Part shown: in pieces, positions 51,325-63,827 of the stretch
Layout: each line of letters opens with the position of its first letter
Position numbering within the stretch: position 1 is the stretch's first letter
Assembly: GCA_051294375.1 (NCBI GenBank)
Contig: CM119267.1
Location: 4,506,329 to 4,570,328 of the forward strand
Direction: 5' to 3'
DNA: 64,000 nt
Origin: Paraspadella gotoi
Lineage: Eukaryota > Animalia > Chaetognatha
The notes under the pieces: generated by a model
Databases searched by the model: none
What the model was told of the DNA's origin: nothing
The model's input: the letters and a program-made list of their open reading frames with translations, nothing else
Position numbers and translations under genes: made by a program

Positions 51325-51807
51325 GGCACTATTTTCTGAAAGCGCCCCATTTCTTTTTCGAAATGTAATTCTAATCCAAATCTTTAACTCGAATATCTTT
51401 TCCCATTTATTTAACCTAATACTTAACGCTTATTCCTGACAATAATATCTAACCCTAACTTAATCTCTGATACTAAATCGTAATCGCTTATTCACATCCC
51501 CGCACCAAATCTCTAACCCCTCTAATCTCTAACCCCTCTAATCTCTAACCCATCTAATCTTTAACCCTCTCTAAACTCTTAACCCCTCTAATCTCTAACC
51601 CCTCTAATCCCTCTAATCTCTAACCCCTCTAATCTCTAACCCTCTAATCTCTAACCCCTCTAATCTCTAACCTCTTTAATCTCTAACCCCTCTAATCTCT
51701 AACCCCTCTAATCTCTAACCCCTACACTAATCTTTAAACTTAAAAAAAAGTTACCTAGTTAATTCTAAATTTTAAACCGAAACAAGGAACTTTCGGAAAA
51801 AATTGCC
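51325..51807. mobile_element. MITE-like element with GGCA..TGCC termini carrying a 16-bp TAACCC-containing minisatellite
   Basis: Starts ggcactattttctgaaagcgccccatttc and ends ctttcggaaaaaattgcc. Internal (tctaatctctaacccc)n at 51505-51725. Termini related to 60889-61260. No TSD visible. Confidence 0.55.
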
Positions 51808-52014
51808 GAAACTGTAAATGCGTCCTTGCATCTCCTTAATTTATCTCGAGCAGACAGAAGAAAATAATGAGGAAATTGATGGATTCAGCATGAAACGGAA
51901 TCGAGTACAAACGTTCATCGTCTCAATAAACTATTTTCCCGGAGAGAGTTCGGGTCGGGGAAATGGCGACTCGTATAACTCTTTTTTTCTTCCTTAAATT
52001 ATTTCAGAGAGAGA

Positions 52015-52046
<32 letters not shown>

Positions 52047-52050
52047 AGAG

Positions 52051-52089
<39 letters not shown>

Positions 52090-52344
52090 TTTTGAATCTA
52101 TTTTTTGTACAGTTTAAGCAGGAAAGCCTTGGGATTTTTTCCCCCTCATTTGCTTTTTTTTTATTTGATCTTCATCTCAATTTTTTTCTGTCTTTCTTTC
52201 TGTCTCTTTCGAATTGTTTCCTTTCTTTATTTCTTTTTATTTGATTTTAATCTTTCTTTTCTTTTTGTTTCTTTTCTATATTTCCTTCATTTTTTTTTGT
52301 CGGTTAGGTCCTATTTTTCTCCATTATTTTTTGCTTCATTGCTT

Positions 52345-52345
52345 C

Positions 52346-52427
<82 letters not shown>

Positions 52428-52428
52428 C
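52345..52428. repeat. (TTTC)n microsatellite, with (GA)n at ~52007-52084
   Basis: Direct reading. Confidence 0.9.
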
Positions 52429-52978
52429 TCTTTCTATCCTTTTTTCTTTATATTTTGCTCTATTCTTTAAGCTTTTCCGTTAAATTTTTTTCTATTTATT
52501 TTTTTTCTTGGATTTTCTTTTTCATTCCCTTTTTTTAGTGTTCCTCTTTCCCTCTATCTCACACCGACGCACAAACGGGATCAATTTCAGAAAGATGAAC
52601 TTCGACCACTTGTAATTTAATCACTAAACATTTATTTCGTACTATTTCATCACCAAAAAAAAGGAAATTTCGGCGAACGATTATATTTACAATACATGTC
52701 CGAGTACAAGACGTAAAAATAAAAATGTTTTTGATTATATACAAATAATACGTTTCGTACAAAAAAAAAGTATTTTGTTCTATCGGATCAGACTGTAGAT
52801 CATTTATATTTACAAGAATAAAAGCAAAAAATAAAGCATGGCAGTGATGAGGTTCGTTCGTTTATATAAAGTAAAATAGATAATAAAACGTAATACCGAT
52901 GACGCTAAATTAAAAAAAAAAAATAAAATAGTTTTGGTTTTAATCCCTACTAACACCTACAATAAACCCGGACGGGGT

Positions 52979-55637
52979 TTAGTCTTCCCTACAATCCGTA
53001 GATCCGGTCGGACATCCGCACTTGACGGACCCGTCCTGTTTGGCGAAGCAAAAATGGCTGCACCCTCCGTTGTTGGCCGCGCACCCGTTGCTTCCCCTCG
53101 GGCACCTGTCCCTCATAAAGGCGATGCCGTACAGGCGCCCGTTTCCTCCCAAAGGCGCGGCCAGTGGCGCCATATTCTCGTCGTCTCCGACCCTGACGCC
53201 CTGAACGCCGCGTTCCTCCCAATCGGTCCAAAATAGGCGCGCCCCCGGCGCCGCTGTGACGGCGAAGGGATAAGCGGCTTCGCTAAAGACGACGCGGCGT
53301 CCACCGGCGTCGTCGGCGTCCACGCATTCGATTCTCTCGAATTTCGCGTCGGCGACGCAGAGTTCGTTGGACTCGTGAAGGACGGCGAGACCGTTGGGAA
53401 GACCGAGGCCGTCGCGAAGAAACACCCGCCGGTTGGCGCCGTCCAAGTCGGCCGCTTCCACTTTGGGCGCCGCTCGATTCCAATCGGACCAAAAGAGGCG
53501 CCCATTGGCGGCGTCGACGACGATGGCGCGAGGATTGACGAGGTCGGTGTCTACGACGACGCGCCGGCCGGAACCGTCCAATCGCGCCACCTCAACGCGA
53601 TCCAATTGCGAATCCGTCCAGTAGATGTTGCGGGCGATCCAATCCACTGCCACGCCCTCTGGAGACCCGAGACCCTCGGAGACGATCGTCGAGACGCTCC
53701 CGCCGTCGTAGTCGGCGCGGTGGATGGATTTACCGGAGACGTCGCTCCAGTAGACGAACCTTTCCGAGCAGTCGACGTCGACGCCGATGGCCGTCTGTCC
53801 GGGTTTGATCAAGAGCTGCTGGCCTCCGTCTTCGCTAGGTCCGGCGGGGATCTTCATCAGACTCATGCCGTGGGCGTAGACCAGATTTCCTCGCGGCGCC
53901 GGCGGCCTCGTCGGCGTCGTTGTCGGCGTCGTCAGCGACGAGCAAGTCCGACCGTCGCCCCTCCACCCGGCGTTGCAGCGGCAGACAAAACCGGCGCCAT
54001 GGGCGACGCAGGCGGCGTTGCGATCGCAGGAGGAAGGATTGGCGCGACAGTCGGCTACTACGGGTAAACAGGCGTCGCGTCCGTCTCCTTCAAAGCCTGG
54101 CACGCAGCGGCATTGATGAGCGCCTGTTGATGGATCGAAAAGACAGGCGGCTTGAGGGTGGCAGTCGTCGAGCTCCAAGCAGGAGGTAGGTCGGCGAGGT
54201 CGGCAATCGTGACCGTTGCCGACGTAACCGTCGTTGCACCGGCAGGCGTAAGAGCCAGCCGTGATGTCCAAAATACATTGGGCCTGATCGTGACATATGT
54301 TGGCTTCGCGGCAGGAGAGTAAGCTACAGGTGTAGCCGTCGCCATGGTAACCCTGCTTGCACCTGCATTGATAGTTGCGAGTTTCGTCGAGGACGCAGTC
54401 GGCGTTTAAGTCGCAATTGTTCGCCACGTCGCAGGTGTATCGGGTGCCGATGGGTCGGCAGACTCGTCCGTCTCCTTCGTAGCCATAGTTGCATCGGCAC
54501 CGGAATCCGGCTTCATCGGCGTCGTAGAGGCACTGGGCGTTGGCGTCGCAGTTTCTCAGAGTCGAGCAATCGGCGCCGGACGGAGAGCAAGTCTGTCCGT
54601 CGCCGGAGAATCCTTCTCGACATTGGCACCGCGGGGCGCCGCTTGTCTCATCCGCGTCGCAATCCGCATCGGCGTGGCAAACGAGGTCGGCGCAGGTGGC
54701 GCGACGACAGACGAATCCGTTGCCAACGAATCCAGGGCCGCATTCGCAGCGCGGTTCTCCCAACGCGCTCTCGACGCAACGAGCGTTAACGTCGCATCGC
54801 ATCTCGTTGCAGGTGCGGCGCTGAGACCGGCATCTGATCCCGTCGCCGACGAAGCCTTCTTTACAGATGCAGCGCGGAAGGGCGGCCTCCTGACCGGGAA
54901 TCTGTTGCACGATGCATCTGGCGTTCTCGTCGCATTCAAGCTCTTGACACGAAGCCTGCATCGCCTCGCAAAAGGGACGCCCTTCGCTGTTGTAGTTGCA
55001 CCTGGTGCCGGCCGGGCATTGGAGCGCCTCGCACGTCCGCGGCGTCGTTTCCGGACGGCAGGTGACGCCGTCGCCGACGTATCCGCGATGGCAGCGGCAT
55101 TCTCCGCCGCCGCGTCCGTCTTCGACGCACGCGGCGTTCTGACCGCAAGCCACGCCTTCGCAACCTCGGCCGCCATCTTCCGCTCGACAAAATTGCCCGT
55201 CGCCGACAAATCCTGGCCGACAGACGCAAACTGGTCGTCGGTCGGCGTCGTAGCGACACTGGGCTTCGGCGTGGCAGCGGAGGGCTTCGCAGTCGTCGCC
55301 GCTACCGTCGCCGCCGCCGCCGCTATCATCCCGCCGACATCCGCCCCGGCTGCCGTCCCCGACGAATCCCGGCAAACACTCGCAGACCGGCTCGCCGCTT
55401 TTCCGGTCGTAGACGCAGCGGCCTTTGATCGGGTCGCAGTCCAGATCGCGACAAGTGGACGAGGGCGTGCAAGAGACGCGACCGTCGCCCCGGAACCCGA
55501 CTTTGCACTGACAGAGGAAGGAACCTTCGGTGTTGACGCAGTCGGCGTTTTGATGACAATCGTCGATGTCGTTGATGCATTCGTCCGTGTCTTGGCAATA
55601 GGTTCCGTCGCCTTCGTAGCCCACGTTGCAGGCGCAC
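52979..55637 (-). CDS. nid-1: Nidogen exon 4: EGF rod, YWTD/LY beta-propeller (G3) and C-terminal EGF
   Basis: ctccaccag|G CACNVGYEGDG.. Repeated CxCxxG(F/Y)xGDGxxC EGF units. VYWSD, IYWTD, LFWSDW and LFWTDW with PEGVAVDW/PRAIVVD/PNGLAV. Ends CAANNGGCSHFC..RED*. Confidence 0.95.
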
Positions 55638-56267
55638 CTGGTGGAGGGGAATGGAAAATTGATTGCTCTTTTATTTTTTTCTGTTTGGATTTTATNNNNN
55701 NNNNNTTTGGATTTTATTTCACGGAATTTGTGTTTTTCTTTTGTTTTGTTTTGTCATTATAAAAAGTCAGTTTACGTTTTGGGTTAAGTTTTTTTCGAAA
55801 GAGCGTTTCTTTTTTGTTTTAACTTTTTTTTTAATAAACATTTTTTAACAAAACCCAAAAAAAAATCCGATTGGCTTTAAAAGACAAATAGGACGGATGT
55901 TGAAAGAGGATTGTACTGAGAAAGTGGTTTTTCGTTAGCGACGAAATCCAGACATACGGCCAGACAGACAAACAAAAATCTGAGACAATTTTAAAAAGAA
56001 TAAAAAGTAAAGAAAACAAAAAAGAGTTCAACTTCAAGGAAAGAAAGAAAGAAAAAAAAAAGAAACAAAGATAGATAAAAAAAAATAAAGAAAGATAGAA
56101 AGAAAGAAAAAAATATTATTTTACTTTAAGAATTATCAACTCGTATTCAAATTTTGAATGATAGAACTTAACGAAACTAAAAAACGACGTTGACCTATTT
56201 ATTAATTTATAAACAAACTTATAATCTTAAAAACCGCCTTCCCCCTTCCGCCCCCCTTCCTTCAAAC

Positions 56268-57466
56268 CTGTAACTATCTCCCTCCGGAATGCAAGTGGAC
56301 GAGGTGCTGCACTTGTTATCGGCGCAGGCGTCGACTCCCTTATTGGGCGCCGCCGAGCTCGTCATGGCGTAGCGGACGATGTTCTCGTTGGCGTCGTAGA
56401 CGACAAAGTTCCTCGAGACCGACACTCTCGTCTCGGCCTTGTCGGCCGGAGTCAAACCCTTGGCGCACTCGTCGTACTCGATCGTCTGATTCCACACGTA
56501 CTTGTACGCGTTGTCGCCGACTCTGTACGTCCGCGTCGACGTGGACAACAACTTCCCCGACGAGAGTCGTCGATAAACTTCGTGATAATCGTCGACGGAG
56601 AATTTCTCTCCCGCCGAGAAGTGATCGGGAATCTTCCCGTTGATCTCCGTGTCCATTCTGAGCTGATTGAAGACGTCCGATCCGTGGAATCTCTGACGAA
56701 TCCGCACGACGGCGTACTCGGGCAAGAAGAGCACCGTCGCCGTCCGGTTGAAGGCGCCGCCCGTGAGGCCGTATCCGTTGACGGCGCCGTCCTCTGCGAC
56801 GGCGAAGAGCCAACCAATGACGCCGCCCAGAGTCGAGAGAGTCTGCAGATGGAATCCGATGTCCGGTCCGATGCGACTGATGGCCGTGTAGGCGCGCCCA
56901 TCGCTCGTCACGACGTAGGAATGAAGATCGACTCGATCGATCGTCTTTCCGTTCACTTTGCCAGAGACTTTCCCGTTGACTCGTTGAGGAGCGCCGCGTT
57001 CGACGCAGTTCCGCCCGTTGCCGAAGAAAGGCTCCTGGCAGCGACAGCAGAAACCGGGATTGTAGTCAACGCAGCGGGCGTTGGTGTGGCAGACGTCGGA
57101 CGGAGCTTCTCGACAGCTGCCGGATTCCGGCGACACTCGGGCGCCGCCGCCGAGGGATCCGGAGCCGCCGGCGCTTTCGACGCCGCGGACTTCCATGCCT
57201 CGATTGTGGGAGAGATGGAATAACCATCGCCCGGGTTGGCCAAAGTTGGAATTCTTCTCCAGCTCGACGACGCGAGGATAACCAGAGTTGGGCAAGGTGA
57301 AGAGCCGACCGGGTCCTGATCCGGGGCCCGAATTGAAGCCCGCTTGGGCGGGGGCGTCTTCCTCGCCCGCCACCACGCTCTTCCCGTCGCCGCGGAACCA
57401 ACGAAGTTCGTTGTCGGCGTAATGGAAGATGGCGAACGTGTCGGTGCCGTCGGAGATAAGAGCCAC
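56268..57466 (-). CDS. nid-1: Nidogen exon 3: end of NIDO, EGF and G2F domain
   Basis: ccccaaag|VALISDGTDTFAIFHY..AQAGFN..SNFGQPGRWLF..CCRCQEPFFGNGRNC..PQRVNGKVSG..DLHSYVVTSDGRAYTAIS..IGWLFA..NGYGLTGGAF..IVRYAM..SYR|GT (phase 2). Confidence 0.95.
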
Positions 57467-57509
57467 CTTTGGGGACGAAGAAGAAACAAATGTGCAATGA
57501 GCAAGTTTT

Positions 57510-57513
57510 ATTA

Positions 57514-57597
<84 letters not shown>
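57510..57597. repeat. (ATT)n microsatellite in the nidogen intron
   Basis: Direct reading. Confidence 0.95.
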
Positions 57598-57929
57598 CTT
57601 TCCAAATATTCATACTAAAACTTTCCACACATGTACACTCTTTAAACAAATATTCTTTCCTTCCCTGTCCAAATTTTTTTCACTTTTTCTTCCAATTTTT
57701 TCGTTAATAACTTTTAACATTTTTTAAAATATCATTTATCAAAAAGAGTAATCAGCTTTCCATTTTTCTTCGCTGCAACCATCATCTCTAAATTAGTTTG
57801 TTTTCCTCAGTTTCAATCAAGTAAAAAAAAAAAAAACTATTTCTTCTCCAAAGAAAACTCCGTATTTAACAGCATCGAATGCCCCCAAAACGACGGCATT
57901 TTATCCTCCCCAACCACCCAGAGACTTAC

Positions 57930-58144
57930 TTGGAAAGTGTTTACGCGATCTGTTTTGGCGCGAAAGTATCCGACGCGATCCCACGTGGCGAGGAAGACGG
58001 CCGTGGCGCGAAAGTCGCTCGCGTCTGGGAAATGATCGACGACGTCTTTGGTGACGGCCGCCAGGAGCGCCGAATCCGTCGTCTGCCGATAGGTGACGCT
58101 TCCGGTTCGCGAGTGTCCACGTCGCACATGAATGGCGCGATGAT
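57930..58144 (-). CDS. nid-1: Nidogen exon 2 (NIDO region), with a 1-bp frameshift near 58108
   Basis: aaaag|IIAPFMCDVDTR / TGSVTYRQTTD..FLATWDRVGYF..RVNTFQ|GTAAGT. The exon is 215 nt, one short of phase 0-0. Confidence 0.9.
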
Positions 58145-59043
58145 CTTTTGGTGGGGGGGGGGTGGGGAGGAAGAGAGACGCGGGATTGCGTGAATGGAAT
58201 AATGTTTAGAAAAATAGATGGTTTATTTAAAAAAAAAAGTAAGACATTAAATAGGGAAGGAATGTCTTTAAATTTAATAGATGAATGGTAAAATGATTAA
58301 AGAATTCAATTATTTTTCTGTACATTTTTTGGTATCGTTTCTTTTTTTTTCGCATCCAAGTTATAAACTTAAAACTATTAAACGTAAAGAGGAAAAATGG
58401 TAATATGGTTTAACTTTACTCGGTTTTTATTTTTTCTATTCAAGTTATGAATTTTCAAAAGTTAGAAATTTCGGGACCGGAAGTTGAGAGTAATGGACAC
58501 TGGAAAATAGTAATAGCGTTAAAGGGCCTTCTGAGGAAACGTCCAACCGAATTTAATGATTTAACAAGATTAGTTCCGGTTATGATTTTTTTTAGTATTT
58601 TATTTTTAGGTTTTTTTTTTTCTTCTTTTTTTGCCTTTCGTCCGATATTTCGGGTTGTTTTCGGTGTCCATTTCAAAACAAAGCAAAACAGAGATCGATC
58701 AAACCTTAAAGCTTACATCCGATTTTCTTCTTTTTTTTCAGTTTTTAAATTTTTTAAAGAAACTGGATCCGGCACATTAATCAGGAAAAAAAGAGGAAAT
58801 ATTGATCGTGGATATAAGAGAAGGGAAGTAAAGTTGTGACCATTAATAACGATCGTATTCGATCGTGCGAAAGGGGAAAGAAATGATCTGAAAAGTTATA
58901 GTGAGTACGTGATTATTAATCAGAGATGTGGGTAGATGTGGGTAGATGTGGTTAGAGGGATGTGGTAGGAGGATTTATAGAAATGATATCGGAACAGAAA
59001 GAGAAATATTCATGAGGAAAAATATGTAGGATCTTTCTTAAAC

Positions 59044-59117
<74 letters not shown>

Positions 59118-59158
59118 TTCTTCTCTCTCTCTCTCTCTCTCTCCCCCCCCACAGCCAC

Positions 59159-59842
59159 CTGGTACTGATTGGGAAAGTTGAGGTCTGGCGCGAAGTTCGG
59201 AATCTCCGTTTCGAAGGAAAGATGTCCGTTGTTGTTGACGAATACGGAGGTGAATCGGTTGCCGAAAAACGTGACGGGGACCGAGAGAGGAAATTCGTCG
59301 GAACTAGAGTCGTCGACGGTCGGAAGCGTGACGTCGCCGGCGTGGGCGCCGAACGGGAAAAAGTCCGCGCGCGAGATGGCGCTCGTAGGGGGCGGAAGAA
59401 GCAGCAGCAGCGTCGCGGGGAGGAGGAGGAGGAGGTGGAAGAGGAAGAGCGGCGATGGGCGTGGCGTCCGACGTCGGGAGGCGGGCCGGATGGAGGGACG
59501 TAGAGGGCGCTTCGACGCCGGATCGAGGTAGAGTTCGTTGGAGGTGGAGGAGGAGAAGGAGAAGGAAGGGGAGGAAGGGGAGGAGGAGGAGGAAGGGCAA
59601 GAGGAGAGCGTCGAGACGCTGGGCAATATCGTCGGGGTCATCGTCGATAACGTCGACGACGACGACGACGACGAAGGGCGATAAGCGCTCTTGACGCCGG
59701 AATTCGACGATGAACCTGAAGTTGTCGCCCGAGAGAACGAACCGGCGTCTTTGGCGGCGGCGGCGGCGTCGGCGGCGGCGAAGGCTGCGTCGCCCTTTCT
59801 TTCAGTCCATCCCCTTTGCAAAGGAGGCGCGCCGGTCATCAT
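59159..59842 (-). CDS. nid-1: Nidogen exon 1: long leader, hydrophobic signal and start of G1
   Basis: ..LFLFHLLLLLPATLLLLLPPPTSA-ISRADFFPFGAHAGD..DDSSS..FFG..FVNNNGHLSF..QYQ|GTGGCT. The start codon is uncertain. Confidence 0.85.
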
Positions 59843-59920
59843 TCGAAAATCTTTTTTTTTTTTCTTTTCTTTTCTCGTTTTAGATTCGCTCGTCTAAAAA
59901 AATTTATAGAATTAAAAAAA

Positions 59921-60062
59921 TTAAAGATTTCGACACGTCTCCCTATTTAAAGATTTAAAGATTTAAAGATTTAAAGATTTAAAGATTTAAAGATTTAAAG
60001 ATTTAAAGATTTAAAGATTTAAAGATTTAAAGATTTAAAGATTTCGACACGTCTCCCTATTT
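59921..60062. repeat. 12 perfect ATTTAAAG units flanked by a 28-bp direct repeat
   Basis: Array at 59945-60040. ttaaagatttcgacacgtctccctattt occurs at 59921-59948 and 60035-60062. Confidence 0.9.
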
Positions 60063-60888
60063 TTTCTTTATTTTTCATCAACATCCCATTTCAGACATTT
60101 TTTTTTCATCCGTATTTCAATCTTCTTTTTTTTCAATTTTTTTGTGTTTTTTTAAATTTCCCCTCAAAATCGGAATTTTAACTTTCCCACGAAGTTTCAG
60201 TTCGAGTCCTCTCTCTCGGTCTGGGCTTTTGATTTTTTTTCTTCTCTTATTCAACGTCCTCCTTGTTATGCGAACAATGTCATAAAAGTTAAATTAAAAC
60301 TCCTAAATTATAAATATATAGCTTTTTTTTTGAAGGATTCGGGCGATGTTGACAAATGAACGGATCACACGATATGGTTATTGTAAAAAAAAAATTTTGG
60401 TTTAATAATCTAAACGCCCGCGGATAACTTTTCGTGATGGACAGTTGTTAATCGGCCTGATGAAATAAAAAAACATTTATTTTTTTGTGAATAGTAATTT
60501 CGTTATCAGTAACTTTGGTCTTCAAAGGGATGAACGAGAAAAAATTGAAAACTGATTTGTTTGTATAGGATCTGTTAAGGAAAAAAAAGAGATTAAAAAA
60601 AAAAGGGAAAACTAAAAAATAAAAAAATATCGGAGCTTACGCCGAGGAAAAATTAAGAACATACAAAAAGTAGTGGAAAACTTAATCAAAAAGTTAAAAT
60701 TTTTTTCCTTTTATTTATTTACGCTCGGCGTCGCGATGAGAATAAGGGAAACGATTTAAAATACATTTGATTTTAATTAATACTTCCTCGAAATAGATTA
60801 GTTTTGTCGGCAATAAAAATATTAATGTAATTCGCAACAAAATAAAAAGATCAGTTTGAAGATTCACCCCAGTGCATCTTTTAAATTT

Positions 60889-61260
60889 GGCCATATTTTT
60901 CAAAAGCGCCCCATTTCAGCCTTTGTTCAGAATTAGATAGATTTTTTTTTAATTTAAAGATAATGTTAAAGGTTATAGATAAGGGTTAGGTTAGGGATTT
61001 GGGTAAAGGGTTAGATTATAGATTTATTAACAGATTTGGTTAAAGATTAGGATTCAAGGCTAAGAGATAAAGTGAGAGATTTGTCTTAAAAATTAAGAAT
61101 TAAAGTTATATATTAGATTTGGGTTAATTAAGAATAAAAGCTAGGTATTAAGGTTAAGGATTAAGTATTTAATAAAAAATTAAAGTTAAATAAAATAAAT
61201 AAAATAAAATTAAATTCAGGGTTTATGAACAGAAAAGGGACGCTTTCGAAAAATACTGCC
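60889..61260. mobile_element. Merlin-like MITE (GG termini, 8-bp TSD) with degenerate TTAGGG-like interior
   Basis: TIRs ggccatatttttcaaaagcgcccc and gggacgctttcgaaaaatactgcc. TTAAATTT at both 60881-60888 and 61261-61268. Interior includes gggttaggttaggg. Confidence 0.7.
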
Positions 61261-61541
61261 TTAAATTTTTTTCTCTCTTCGATGATAACAATGTACCGGG
61301 TGATTGAAAGGAGGCGACATCATTTATTTTTCTGATTATTTGCAAAGGATTTATTGTTTGTTGATTCAACGAATTTTAAATTTTTTTCACACTTTTTTTC
61401 GAGCTAATTTGGTTTAATTTCAGGACTAAAATAAACGATTATGATTGGAAAATGAAAACTAGAAAATATTTTTTTTTCATTTTTTTTTAAATTTTGGTGG
61501 TTGTCTTTGTGTGTGAAGAAGAATTTGTGAGAGAGAGAGAG

Positions 61542-61584
<43 letters not shown>

Positions 61585-61731
61585 AGAGAAGAGAGAGAGA
61601 AGAGAGAGAGAATTCGATGAGAAACCGAAGACATAATTTTGATTCTTTTGTTCGTCCAAAAAAAAAAAGAAACCAACTTCTCAAATGTTGCTATCCAGTG
61701 AAAAATGAGGGGATGAGTTTATCCCAAAGAG

Positions 61732-61768
<37 letters not shown>

Positions 61769-61932
61769 CATGGGGGAGGTTGAAAAGAGGTGGCGGGCCA
61801 ATGAAAAAGGAAGAGGAAGCAGAAAAAAAAAGAGTTTATTAAAAATCTGAGTCAATTATTTCCAGGCCTCCTTTAGAACGTGAAACTTCCTTGAGGATAA
61901 GAGAGAGAGAGGAGAGGAGGAGAGAGAGAGAG

Positions 61933-61977
<45 letters not shown>

Positions 61978-62238
61978 GAGAGACGATCGGGGCTCGAGGC
62001 CTTTCAGAGGGCATTCCACCCTTCTTTATCCAGAGAACATAATTTTTTGCCCGGAAAGAAGGAGGAGGAGGAAGAGGAAGAGGAAAATAGAAGGAGACCA
62101 GGAAGAGGAAGAGGAAAATAAGAGGGGGAGAGGAGGAGGAAAAAAAGAATAGGAAGAGACCTAAAAGAGAGAAAAAAATTGGGGCGGGGGAAGGGAGGGG
62201 AGGAGGGGAGGGGGCAGTGAGAAATGCAGGGTTGGAAT

Positions 62239-62272
<34 letters not shown>

Positions 62273-62643
62273 CGAGAGAGAGAGAGAAGGAGAGAAGAGG
62301 GAGAAGCGATTGCAGGGGGAAGTAAATGAAGAACCAATGAAGTCGATGGTTCGGCAATCGCAAACGGGAGAGAGGGAGAGAGAGAGAAGAGAGAGGAAAG
62401 GGAGAGAGAGAAAGAGAGAAGAGAGAGAGAGATGAGAGAGAGGGGGAGTAGATCCGGCAAAAAAAAAACGTAACGTGCAGGGTTAAGATCGAATGATGGA
62501 GGAGGGAGAGGAGGAGAGAGAAAGAGGAGGGAGGAGGAGGAAGAGGGTTAGAGGGAGGAGAAAAGGAGTGAGAGAGCGGAAGGATTAGTGAGAAGGATGA
62601 GCTGGGATATTGAGGAGAGAGGAGGAAGGGAGAGGAGAAAGAA

Positions 62644-62675
<32 letters not shown>

Positions 62676-63024
62676 TGAGAGGAGAGAGAGAGAGAGAGAT
62701 GAGAAGAGAGAGAGGGAATGACAGAGAGAGAGAGAGAAGAGAGAGAAGATCTTCTCTCTTTTTNNNNNNNNNNNNNNNNNNNNNNNNNNNNNNNNNNNNA
62801 AGATAGGAACAAAATAAGTAGGTTTTATGACAATGACAATAAGTAGGTTTTATGACAATGACAAAAACTATCACCGAATCGATATTTAAAAACAACGACG
62901 ACCACGCAACAGAAAAAAAACATGAACTTGAGGTGAAAATCTTCACGATTCGAAGTGAACTGCTTCGACTCGATCCTCGTTGTGTGAGCCTCGTCAATTC
63001 ACAAAATACATCGATGACTGCGGC

Positions 63025-63372
63025 GACGACGACAATGAAGACGATGAAGATATTGACAATGACGAAAATGATGACAATGACAAAATGATGACAATGATGA
63101 AAACGATGACAATGACGAAAACGATGACAAGGACGAAAACGATGACAATGACAAAAACGATGACAATGACGAAAATGATGACAATGACAAAAACGATGAC
63201 AATGACAAAAACGATGACAATGATGAAAATGATGGCGATGATGAAAATGATGGCGATGATGAAAACGATGTCAATGTTGAAAATGATGACATTGACGAAA
63301 ACAATGACAATGACGAAAACGATGACAATGACGAAATCGATGACAATGACGAAAACGATGACAATGACGAAA
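63025..63372. repeat. 18-bp minisatellite (gacgaaaacgatgacaat)n
   Basis: About 18 imperfect units, open in several frames (DDNDEN / MTMTKT). Confidence 0.85.
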
Positions 63373-63790
63373 AAAATTGACATGGACAAAATTGCGAACA
63401 GCGTAAACTTTTTTTTAACACTGTACTTATGAAATATCAAATATCAAATATTAGGATTTTCTGTAAGATTCAAGCAATAACGATGACATCCACAAAATCT
63501 GGAATCCAGCCATTTTTTTTAAGCGCGCGATCAGGAAAAAAAAAATNNNNNNNNNNNNNNNNNNNNNNNNNNNNNNNNNNNNNNNNNNNNNNNNNNNNNN
63601 NNNNNNNNNNNNNNNNNNNNNNNNNNNNNNNNNNNNNNNNNNNNNNNNNNNNNNNNNNNNNNNNNNNNNNNNNNNNNNNNNNNNNNNNNNNNNNNNNNNN
63701 NNNNNNNNNNNNNNNNNNNNNNNNNNNNNNNNNNNNNNNNNNNNNNNNNNNNNNNNNNNNNNNNNNNNNNNNNNNNNNNNNNNNNNNNNN

Positions 63791-63827
<37 letters not shown>

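Noticed and set aside
51505-51725. True telomere or fusion site
   Set aside because: The unit is 16 bp rather than a pure 5-6-mer and lies inside a TIR-bounded element.
52934-57727. Long antisense and alternative-frame ORFs overlapping nidogen
   Set aside because: Shadow ORFs expected from GC-rich coding sequence, with no motifs.
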